Below are positions 24,601-32,000 of a stretch of 32,000 bases of DNA, piece after piece; position 1 is the first letter of the stretch; the number at the start of each line of letters is the position of its first letter. The position numbers and the translations under genes are program-made. Origin of the DNA: Micromonospora sonneratiae (GTDB lineage Bacteria > Actinomycetota > Actinomycetes > Mycobacteriales > Micromonosporaceae); NCBI RefSeq assembly GCF_042679305.1, contig NZ_JBHTMP010000029.1:24267-56266 (forward strand), in the 5' to 3' direction. The notes under the pieces are model-generated. The model was not told the origin of the DNA and ran no database searches. It saw only the letters and a list, made by a program, of their open reading frames with translations.

Positions 24601-27600
24601 GTGATCGCATTCCTCGCCGCCACGGCCCGACGGCTGGCCGGACTCACGCTCCTGGTCATACTCACCGCCGGAGTGCCGTACGCGCTCGTCCACTACATCG
24701 GCTGGCCGCTGCCCCGCCATGTCCCCACCTGGCAGGACATCGGCACCGCCCTGACGTCACCACTGACCGACATCATGCTCGGCAACATTGTGGTGTGCCT
24801 GCTCTGGGTGGCCTGGGCGGCATTCATCTGGTCACTGATCGTGGAGATCTTCGAGGCGGTGGCGGGCATCCGCCTACCGCAGCCCAAAGCCATCGCACCA
24901 GCACGAGGACTCGCCGCACTCCTGGTAGCCGCCATCACCGGCGGTGTCCTCGCCACCGCAGCCCAGGCCGCACCGACCCTGACCCGGGCCGCCGAAGCGA
25001 CCGGTCACAGCACAAGCACCACTGTCGCTGCCGCGACCGCAGCGACCACCGTTTCAACCACCACTACCGCCCGGTCGGCGGCCACGGGCATTCACGAAGC
25101 ACCAGGCCAGCAGACAACAGCACTGACGCCGAAGCGGACGGGCACGGGAGATCCGGTGCCAGTCCGGCTGGTGGCTGGCGATCTGACCCTCGTCGCATCC
25201 GGGCAGACCTACACCTGCCAGGTGAAGCGCGGAGACACCCTGTCGGAAATCGCCAAGGAATGGCTCGGCGACCCCAACCGCTGGCCAGAAATCTTCGCCC
25301 TGAACCGAGGCACCCACTTCCACGATGTCGGCGGAACACTCACCAACCCGAACCTGATCTACCCAGGCTGGACCCTGGAACTGCCCGACGACGCCACACC
25401 ACCCGCCGGCACACCACCACGGCCCGCCGCCCCCGACACAATGGGGCCCGAAAAGCCAGCGCCGAACACCCCCGCGCCAGCACCCACCCCGCCACCATCA
25501 GAGAAACCCAAAAGTCCGTCGCCCAACTCCAGCACGCCGTCGCCCCACCATGTCGACGACGGCGTGGCGGAGCCCGCCCCGTCGCCGACCGCCTCTGCCG
25601 GGCCGGCGGCCAGCCCGGACACACCTGCCGAAGAACAGCAGACTCCCACGCCGCGACCCGAACCGTCGCCCGGTGTCTCACTCGGAACCGGCAGCTGGCT
25701 CGACCTCGGGCTCGTCGCCGCGATCCTCGCAGCCGTCGCTCTCGTCTGGGCGCACCGCCGTCGCCGCTACACCCCCAGGCAACCCACACCGCAGCTACGC
25801 CTAGATGATCCGACCGTCGAGCCGATGCCGGACGTGGTCACCCGGATCCGTCGCGGCCTGCCCAAGCCAGTGAGGACACCGACCCCAGAGACGATTCCCG
25901 ACACCCCGCTCGACAAACTCATTGCGGATCCCGACACGAACGAGACAGACACAGCCGACGACGAACCCGACAACGTCCTGACAGACGTTCCGCAACCGGT
26001 TACGCCCGCGCTCACCAGCCCGGTGATCGAGGTGTGGCCACCCGCCGGACTGGGGCTGACCGGCCCCGGCGCCGAAGCCGCTGCCCGGGGCTTCCTGGTG
26101 TCCGCCCTCGCCGCCGGTGGGCTGGACGAACCCAACGGCCGCAGCTACGTCGTCATCCCCTCCGGCACCCTCGCGACGCTGTTGGGGGCCGCCGCAGTCA
26201 CCGTGCCGGACACCCCACGCCTGACCGTCACCGGCGGGCTCACCGACGCCCTGACACTGCTGGAGGAACAGACCCTGCACCGCACCCGGGTGTGCTTCGA
26301 CTACGAGGTCGACACCATCGCCGGCCTGCGGAACCTGGACCCCATGGCCGAGCCCCTACCGCCGATGGTGCTCATCGCCGATACCACCGCAGCCCATGAG
26401 CGCGCCCGCATCGCCGCGCTGCTCACCCAAGGGCAACGGCTCGACATCCACGGCGTCCTGCTCGGCTCCTGGCCCGACGGCGACACCGTCGTCGTCGCCC
26501 AGGACGGATCCACCAGCCCCGCCGAAGGCGACGCGAATCGGCACGGCCGCCATCCCGCCGACGTCCGACGCCTCACCGTCATCGACCCGGCCGAGGCCAC
26601 CGACCTACTTCGGGTCCTCGCCGAGTCCCACACCGGCGAGCCCCAGCCACCGGCTCCCGCGGAGCGCGCACCACTGCCCACAGCCGACCCCCAGCCCGAC
26701 GCTGAGACAGCCGCAAGCAGCAGCGAAACGCCCCACAGCGACGAAGAGACGGTCCCGCCGTCCGATCCGACCGAGCCGAACCGCGAACTGTCCACCGCCG
26801 CTACCGCCGTGGACGAACCCGCCACCGAATCGGCGACAGTCGAACCGCCAACCCAGGACGACCAAGTCGAAGCCGGCGAGGACGACGCCGCGCGACAAGA
26901 CGACGGCGAAGACGCCGGGACCGGGCGGGTCGACGTCCAGGTGCTCGGGGACGCCCGCGTCGTAGACATCGACACGACACAGCCATTGCGCGGCAAGGCG
27001 CTCGAACTGCTGGTCTACCTGACAGCTCGGGGAGGTGTCGCGAGCCAAGAGGCGATCCTGGAAGACCTGCTACCCGAAGCCACGACCAGCAAGGCACCCC
27101 ACCGGCTGCACACCTACGTCTACAACCTGCGCCGAGTCCTCAAGCGCACCGGCGGCTCCGCCACCTACCTGTCCCACCCCGACCGGCGCTACATCCTGCA
27201 CCGGGAGGCAGTCGACGTGGACCTGTGGCGGATGAGCGACGCCCTTGACGAGGCGAACCGCGCCACGAGCCCCACCGACCGTATCGCCGCCCTGCGCCGC
27301 GCCGTCAACACCTACCGAGGACCCCTCGCCAACGGCAAGGGCTACGAGTGGATCGAACCGTACCGAGAGGCCGTGCAACGGCAGGCCGTCGACGCCACCC
27401 TCGCCCTGGCCGAAGCGCTCGACGACCAACCCGGCGAGGCGCTCGCCGCCCTCACCACCGCGATCAGCCACAGCCCCTACGCCGAGACGCTGTACCAGGC
27501 AGCCATGCGTGCCCACGCGAAGCTCGACGACCCTGCGGCGATCCGCGACCTGCAACGCCAGCTCGCCCGTTCCCTCGACGACATCGACACCGAGGTCAGC

Positions 27601-27687
27601 GACGAGACGACCGCTCTGGCACGCGCGCTGGTGAACCGGCTGCAACGAGGCCGGCGCGTAGGCGGGGATGGCAAGAACTCCTTATGA
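24601..27687 (+). CDS. Membrane-anchored LysM domain protein fused to an OmpR-type wHTH + BTAD (SARP-like) regulator module
   Basis: 1028 aa. Three N-terminal TM helices, then LysM (aa 204-262, nt 25210-25386: YTCQVKRGDTLSEIAKEWLGDPNRWPEIFALN...IYPGWTLELP). A Pro/Ser/Thr-rich linker leads to TM4 (WLDLGLVAAILAAVALVWA). The C-terminus from aa 775 (nt 26923) reads VDVQVLGDARVV...KALELLVYLTARGG...LHTYVYNLRRVL...VDLWRM...YRGPL...YEWIEPYRE...YQAAMRAHAKLDDPAAI. Confidence 0.85.
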   Translation: MIAFLAATARRLAGLTLLVILTAGVPYALVHYIGWPLPRHVPTWQDIGTALTSPLTDIMLGNIVVCLLWVAWAAFIWSLIVEIFEAVAGIRLPQPKAIAPARGLAALLVAAITGGVLATAAQAAPTLTRAAEATGHSTSTTVAAATAATTVSTTTTARSAATGIHEAPGQQTTALTPKRTGTGDPVPVRLVAGDLTLVASGQTYTCQVKRGDTLSEIAKEWLGDPNRWPEIFALNRGTHFHDVGGTLTNPNLIYPGWTLELPDDATPPAGTPPRPAAPDTMGPEKPAPNTPAPAPTPPPSEKPKSPSPNSSTPSPHHVDDGVAEPAPSPTASAGPAASPDTPAEEQQTPTPRPEPSPGVSLGTGSWLDLGLVAAILAAVALVWAHRRRRYTPRQPTPQLRLDDPTVEPMPDVVTRIRRGLPKPVRTPTPETIPDTPLDKLIADPDTNETDTADDEPDNVLTDVPQPVTPALTSPVIEVWPPAGLGLTGPGAEAAARGFLVSALAAGGLDEPNGRSYVVIPSGTLATLLGAAAVTVPDTPRLTVTGGLTDALTLLEEQTLHRTRVCFDYEVDTIAGLRNLDPMAEPLPPMVLIADTTAAHERARIAALLTQGQRLDIHGVLLGSWPDGDTVVVAQDGSTSPAEGDANRHGRHPADVRRLTVIDPAEATDLLRVLAESHTGEPQPPAPAERAPLPTADPQPDAETAASSSETPHSDEETVPPSDPTEPNRELSTAATAVDEPATESATVEPPTQDDQVEAGEDDAARQDDGEDAGTGRVDVQVLGDARVVDIDTTQPLRGKALELLVYLTARGGVASQEAILEDLLPEATTSKAPHRLHTYVYNLRRVLKRTGGSATYLSHPDRRYILHREAVDVDLWRMSDALDEANRATSPTDRIAALRRAVNTYRGPLANGKGYEWIEPYREAVQRQAVDATLALAEALDDQPGEALAALTTAISHSPYAETLYQAAMRAHAKLDDPAAIRDLQRQLARSLDDIDTEVSDETTALARALVNRLQRGRRVGGDGKNSL

Positions 27688-27941
27688 TCGACACATACCC
27701 GGGGTCGAGCCGAGCCAACGGAAACCATCTGGCACCGGACAACTCGCCTAGAAACCTTTCAACGGAGGCTCGCCCCATCCGAGCCGTACAGCCGGTCGAA
27801 GAGCAGACCGACACGCAGCTGGAGCATGCTGTCCGCCGAGCCACGCAGATGCGGATGATCTTCGACGTCGTCGTGCTCTCCGTGACACTCACAGGGCAGG
27901 TCACCGGCGAGACACAGAAGCTCGATATGCCTCACGTGTGA
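27684..27941 (+). CDS. Hypothetical 85-aa ORF coupled to the LysM-BTAD gene
   Basis: ATG 27684 overlaps the TGA at 27685-27687. The C-terminal part (RMIFDVVVLSVTLTGQVTG) is hydrophobic. The 3' end overlaps the convergent FAH gene by 10 nt. Support is weak. Confidence 0.3.
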   Translation: MIDTYPGSSRANGNHLAPDNSPRNLSTEARPIRAVQPVEEQTDTQLEHAVRRATQMRMIFDVVVLSVTLTGQVTGETQKLDMPHV

Positions 27942-28843
27942 GGCGTGGCGCTCGACATCAGGTCCCTTACCGTGTTGGTGAGTCGTCCCAGATGGGTGAC
28001 CTCAACCTCTACGACTGCGCCATCTTGAAGAAATACCGGAGGTTCACACGCGCCGAGATCAGACGGCGTGCCAGTCAGCACAACATCCCCCACCTCCAAG
28101 TCGACAAGGAACGATAGCGCAGCAATCAGTTCATCCGCCGAAAAGAACATGTCTGTGGTGCGTCCGCGCTGGATCTCGACGCCGTTTAGGTAGGTAGAGA
28201 CATCAAGACCGGCGTCGAGATCGACCTCGTCCGGCGTCACTGCGAATGGACCGAGTGGGCACGATGTCGGCAGCATCTTGCCCGCTGTCCACTGGCTGGT
28301 GCGGAATTCGAGGTCTCTTGCGCTGATGTCGTTGGCGCAGCTTAGTGCGCCGATACTGTCCCATGCTTCTAGGGCACTGACTCGCCGCGTTCGCCGGCCG
28401 ATGATGATCGCGAGTTCGCCCTCGGGTACGAGCTCCCGAACATGAAGCGGCCGTTCGACAGCCCGCTGGTGTGCGTTCAACGCCGATGAGGTCTTGTGGA
28501 ACACCGAAAGGTGTTGCGGGTCGGGTTCACCAAGCTGGCGTGCAAACGAGCGGTAATTCATTCCGACGCCGATAACCTTGGTCGGCCGGAGCACAGGGGC
28601 GAGCAGCTGGAGGTCCACCAGCTGTGCGGTAGGTGATGTCCGCGGCAACCCGGTCACCGTGACGGCACGCATCATCTCGGCGTCGGCCAGTAGATCGGCG
28701 ACATCGTTAAGCCAGTCGGCCCCGTCGGTACGGCGGCCCGCCCACTGATTGAGGTCAACGACATCACTGTCGAACACGGCCCCGACGCTGGAGGTGCCTT
28801 GGTGTTCGTAGGTCACGAATCGCACGCGAGCCTCCTCAGTCAA
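27932..28843 (-). CDS. Fumarylacetoacetate hydrolase (FAH) family protein
   Basis: 303 aa. VIGVGMNYRSFA, EGELAIIIGRR, CANDISARDLEF..QWTAGK and GDVVLTGTPS are FAH-family motifs. Confidence 0.9.
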   Translation of the reverse strand: MTEEARVRFVTYEHQGTSSVGAVFDSDVVDLNQWAGRRTDGADWLNDVADLLADAEMMRAVTVTGLPRTSPTAQLVDLQLLAPVLRPTKVIGVGMNYRSFARQLGEPDPQHLSVFHKTSSALNAHQRAVERPLHVRELVPEGELAIIIGRRTRRVSALEAWDSIGALSCANDISARDLEFRTSQWTAGKMLPTSCPLGPFAVTPDEVDLDAGLDVSTYLNGVEIQRGRTTDMFFSADELIAALSFLVDLEVGDVVLTGTPSDLGACEPPVFLQDGAVVEVEVTHLGRLTNTVRDLMSSATPHT

Positions 28844-29113
28844 CTGCCCGAATGTCTTTGCCGGCTTTGGCCTATGACTACGAACGCGACCCGTCCGTCT
28901 CGGAAGCGTCCGACCTGCTGGGCTGTGGTTAGCACTATGATCCGCTGCTTGGACTGCGGCGGCCCGGCTAACGCCAGACGCGACGCCTGCTGAACGTGCC
29001 CGAAAAAAGGCCTCTCAATCGCCACTCAGAAAGTCCGGCCACGACGTCGTGCTCACTCATGCGCAGTTCTTCGAGCGGGACGCGGCCGCGAGATCCATCC
29101 AGTGGTTGTATGG

Positions 29114-30322
29114 CTACGCCCTGAGCTCGGTCCAGACGTCCCGCAACTGAGTCATGGCACGGGCGACCTCGTCGGGATTACGGGCTAGGGCAACTCTGAG
29201 AGTGTCGACGGGCTTTTGCGGCTGCGCCCAATGGAAGGGTCCGCACGGCAGTACGTGGATGCCGCGCTCAAGCAATCCGGCGTGCACGCGGTCAGCCGCG
29301 ACTGCGCTCGGGAACTGGATGCGCGTTACCGACACCCGCGCGTCGGTGTCTGGGCAGACGACTCCGGGCATCTCCGCGACCGCGTTGGCGACTGTCGTCC
29401 GATTGACAATCATCAGCTCCTGCAATCGTTGAAGCCCTCCGTTCGCGGCGTCTTCGGCAAGCTTTTCGACCAGGGACAGCACCAGAGGAGAGACGCTTAG
29501 CAAGATGTCGGAGAGCACCTGCTCGAACTCGGTTTGCCAGTGTTTGCTCACCGCGATGAAACCCAACTTGAGCTCGAGGACGGGCCAGAGCTTCCCAGTA
29601 TCCTCGATCACGACGTAACGGACGCCGGAACCTTCGAGGTGCTCGTAGTGATCGAACTGCGCGCGGGGGTCGAACCCGCGGAAGGACGTGTCGAGGCACA
29701 GTGTCAGATCGTGTTTCAGGCACCCGGTGATCAGGTCCTGTAGCTGACTCTCGTCCAGGTAACTGCCCGTCGGGTTGTTCGGGGTGGTGAGGAAAATCGC
29801 CGTGGCGCCCTGCGCTGCGACTGCGGCGGGCGCGGCGGCGGCGTCGTACGGTTCCTCAAGCGGCACTACGTGCAAGTGCCGACTAAGCAGATCGTGGAGG
29901 TTGTCGAACGTCGGATGGAGGAGGGCGATCGTTCCTCCGCAGCGTGCCATCGCGTACCCGACTGCGGTGGTCGCCACGCTGCTGGCGTAAATGCTGTGCA
30001 CCCGCCCAGACTCGACCGGAGCGCACGCTTGCCCGACGGCGTCCATGAAGGCGCGCTGGCTACGCCGCTCCAGCTCGTTGAAGTCCTGCGAGCCGGCCTG
30101 GTCGAACAGTTGAGGCAGTCGCTCCACGATTTTGCGCTGGCTCGGAGTCAGGTCTTGCCGAGGGTGCCCGTCCGTGAGGTTGATTCCTGCGCTGAGTGCT
30201 TGGATCTCGAAGGCAGTCAGACTTGGCTTGCGTTGCTGCTCTACCTCTGAGTGCATCTTGGCGTTCAGGGAGTTGGTAGTGGAGCAGGATGCGACCGTCG
30301 AGCCTGCGCGTGCTGCGTTCAT
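29114..30322 (-). CDS. PLP-dependent aminotransferase, class I/II fold
   Basis: I use ATG 30322 (M48 of the track ORF), which overlaps the TGA of the upstream dioxygenase (ATGA). IFLTTPNNPTGSYL, LCLDTSFRGF and the candidate PLP lysine in IEDTGKLW. Confidence 0.85.
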   Translation of the reverse strand: MNAARAGSTVASCSTTNSLNAKMHSEVEQQRKPSLTAFEIQALSAGINLTDGHPRQDLTPSQRKIVERLPQLFDQAGSQDFNELERRSQRAFMDAVGQACAPVESGRVHSIYASSVATTAVGYAMARCGGTIALLHPTFDNLHDLLSRHLHVVPLEEPYDAAAAPAAVAAQGATAIFLTTPNNPTGSYLDESQLQDLITGCLKHDLTLCLDTSFRGFDPRAQFDHYEHLEGSGVRYVVIEDTGKLWPVLELKLGFIAVSKHWQTEFEQVLSDILLSVSPLVLSLVEKLAEDAANGGLQRLQELMIVNRTTVANAVAEMPGVVCPDTDARVSVTRIQFPSAVAADRVHAGLLERGIHVLPCGPFHWAQPQKPVDTLRVALARNPDEVARAMTQLRDVWTELRA

Positions 30323-31113
30323 GTCGCGGGTGTGGGCTGTGCAGCCTTGACCGTGACCCTCCAGCCCGAGCGCGTGTCCGGGTGATAGTCCCAACTTGCG
30401 TGATGCTGGACGGCTTGGTTGTCCCATACAGCGACAGTCCCTTCCTGCCATGCGGCGCGACACTGGAAGTCGACGCCGAGGGCAACGGTCATACGTAGAT
30501 GCGCAAGGAGCGCATCACTTTCGGAGGCACGCAAGCCGTTGATTGAGGTCGTGTAACCGCTGTTGGCGTAGAGACAAGGCAGGCCGCTGATTGGGTGTCG
30601 CACCACCATGGGGTGGGCGGCCGCGAGGATTTCGCCATTCCAGGTGCGTTGGTGGACGGCATTGAGTCTACCGATGAAATCGCGGAACGTAGGGGACATC
30701 GACTGTAACAAGGCATGATTGGAGACAAAGGCGGTGTCCCCGCCGATTGACGGCAGTGTGTCGAGCATGAGCACTGAGTACAGTGGCGGGGCCTTCATCC
30801 AGGTCAGGTCAGAGTGCCAGGTGTCCCCGTCGGCGTATGTGGAGTCGCCGTCGTTGTGCAGACGGAACGCTTGGGGGTGGAAATCGTGCGGTTTCATGGG
30901 ATGGGCGACGACGTCGCCCAGGAGAGCAGCGAACTTGATCAAGGAGTTGGTGTCGAGGTTTTGCGAACGCAGCACGATTACACCGCGCGCGGTTACGAGC
31001 TGCTGTAGCGCCGCAGAGTCGCATTGGCCCAGGTCCTGTACTCGCAGGCCGGTCAGTTCTGTTCCCACCCACCGGTTCCAGTCTCGACGGATCGCGTTGT
31101 CAAGTGCCCCCAT
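30319..31113 (-). CDS. TauD/TfdA-family Fe(II)/2-oxoglutarate dioxygenase
   Basis: WHSDLTW (HxD), LPSIGGDTAFVS and VAVWDNQAVQHHA. Start uncertain: ATG 31113 (GGGAGG 13 nt upstream) best fits TauD N-terminal length. ATG 31140 and starts up to 31389 are also open in frame. Confidence 0.85.
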   Translation of the reverse strand: MGALDNAIRRDWNRWVGTELTGLRVQDLGQCDSAALQQLVTARGVIVLRSQNLDTNSLIKFAALLGDVVAHPMKPHDFHPQAFRLHNDGDSTYADGDTWHSDLTWMKAPPLYSVLMLDTLPSIGGDTAFVSNHALLQSMSPTFRDFIGRLNAVHQRTWNGEILAAAHPMVVRHPISGLPCLYANSGYTTSINGLRASESDALLAHLRMTVALGVDFQCRAAWQEGTVAVWDNQAVQHHASWDYHPDTRSGWRVTVKAAQPTPAT

Positions 31114-31407
31114 GGTGTCCGCTTCGCCTCCCTGCCTCATCCGTTCACAGTCAACCCATCCAAAAGGGACCGGCGCGCAAAACTGATTGGCGGTGACACT
31201 GTAGCGGTCGCCCAGACTCCATGGTAGGTCAAAATGTATCGGGCCGGCGCCTACGCGTCTGGCCTTGTCCTGCTCCCGCTCTTGACAGGTCAGATAGGAG
31301 CCCATGTGTTGGACGATGAGGAACATCGGAGGTACCAAGACCAGGGCTTTCTCGGTCCCTATCGGGCGATGGGAGCAGACGAGGCGCAACAGCTCGCCGC
31401 GACCGTC

Positions 31408-31701
31408 TCACACGATGTCGTGGGGCCCGATCAACTCGCGGTCGGCCCTCGCGTGCATTGTCGGCATCTGGACAGTCGACTCGTCTTCGAGCTGTGCACG
31501 ATTCCGTCGGTCCTGGACCGTGTCGCGGCGCTCCTGGGGCCAGATCTTGTCCTCTGGAGATCCAACGTCTGGCACAAGGCTCCCGGCGCCGCCGCCGTGG
31601 CTTGGCATCAAGACTTCAACCACTGGCCTCTCGAACCAATGGTCAACGTCTCGGTCTGGCTCGCCCTTACGGAGGCGACGGTGAAGAACGGTTGTGTCCA
31701 T
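31408..31701 (-). CDS. Hypothetical ORF (97 aa), weak support
   Basis: Same strand as the dioxygenase cluster, with moderate GC3. No recognisable motif and no good RBS. Confidence 0.3.
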   Translation of the reverse strand: MDTTVLHRRLRKGEPDRDVDHWFERPVVEVLMPSHGGGAGSLVPDVGSPEDKIWPQERRDTVQDRRNRAQLEDESTVQMPTMHARADRELIGPHDIV

Positions 31702-32000
31702 GTCGTGCCTGGTTCACACCACGAGGTACGCTCCCTCGAAGTGGCCGGCCAGGGCGATCCGTTCCAGGAAAGCGTCGTGACTGGCCCCTCAGACGAGGCG
31801 GAAGCAGTGCCGATGGTGCTGGAGCCGGGCGAATATTTCATCTTTTCCGAGAAGCTGGTCCACCGGTCCGGCATCAATACGAGTGCGGCGCCGCGCACCG
31901 GAGTAGTCAGCCGTCTGACGACACCGGCGGTCAGGGTCAACCACGACGAGCTCCTCAACGGGCGCCACCGCAACATCGTCGTGCGGGGTGAGGACCACCA

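Noticed and set aside
24795-25808. 337-aa alternative-frame ORF inside the LysM-BTAD gene
   Set aside because: Same artefact: an Arg/Pro-rich shadow ORF in T-poor DNA. The LysM motif and TM helices are in the 24601 frame.
29114-31389. VioC/VioD-like (arginine hydroxylase + capreomycidine synthase) interpretation of the dioxygenase-aminotransferase pair
   Set aside because: The dioxygenase carries TauD/TfdA-type motifs (WHSDLTW, GGDTAF) rather than the clavaminate-synthase-like pattern I recall for VioC. The adjacency alone is insufficient.
1-32000. Search for CRISPR arrays, IS elements, integrases, relaxases, reverse transcriptases and rRNA/tRNA genes
   Set aside because: No regularly spaced repeats, no DDE/tyrosine-recombinase/relaxase-like translations and no canonical tRNA cloverleaf were seen in any frame I read.

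Overview
High-GC actinobacterial DNA (sampled 60-nt lines are about 70-77% G+C inside most genes) with a mosaic, accessory-region character. All calls come from reading the translations and recalling family motifs; no searches were run. I saw no rRNA, convincing tRNA, CRISPR array, transposase, integrase or relaxase.

Layout:
- 1-2502 (minus): a translationally coupled operon of a 60-aa ORF, an SDR NDP-sugar epimerase, a thymidylate-synthase-fold enzyme and a NodU/CmcH carbamoyltransferase (cut by the left edge).
- 2955-8002: two paralogous XRE-HTH + TPR-like regulators. They flank a HAD hydrolase, a 670-bp unassigned gap and an APH-fold kinase coupled to the second regulator. The 5.6-8.05 kb part has lower GC.
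- 8201-11060 (plus): a GPP34-like protein, an APC permease and a GNAT acetyltransferase.
- 11231-14131 (plus): a RyR-domain protein and a 717-aa protein with two DnaJ-type zinc-finger clusters and no recognisable enzymatic domain.
- 14.15-17.0 kb: a low-GC island (40-55% in sampled lines) with a 60-aa two-helix membrane ORF, an Lsr2-like protein, an HxlR regulator and a second winged-helix protein.
- 16962-27941 (plus): a roughly 11-kb coupled operon. It encodes a lipoprotein, a secreted protein, CpaB-like, TadZ-like, TadA/CpaF, TadB, TadC, an Flp-like pilin, two TadE-like proteins and a TadG-like protein. It ends in a 1028-aa membrane LysM + wHTH/BTAD (SARP-type) fusion.
- 27932-31113 (minus), lower GC: an FAH-family hydrolase, a PLP aminotransferase and a TauD/TfdA dioxygenase, followed by poorly supported ORFs.

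Most interesting candidates:
- the RyR / duplicated zinc-finger pair;
- the tad operon with its LysM-SARP fusion;
- the Asn-to-Asp cytosine-type thymidylate-synthase homologue next to a carbamoyltransferase;
- the HTH-TPR + kinase pair;
- sharp switches between G-ending and C-ending codon usage among co-directional genes.
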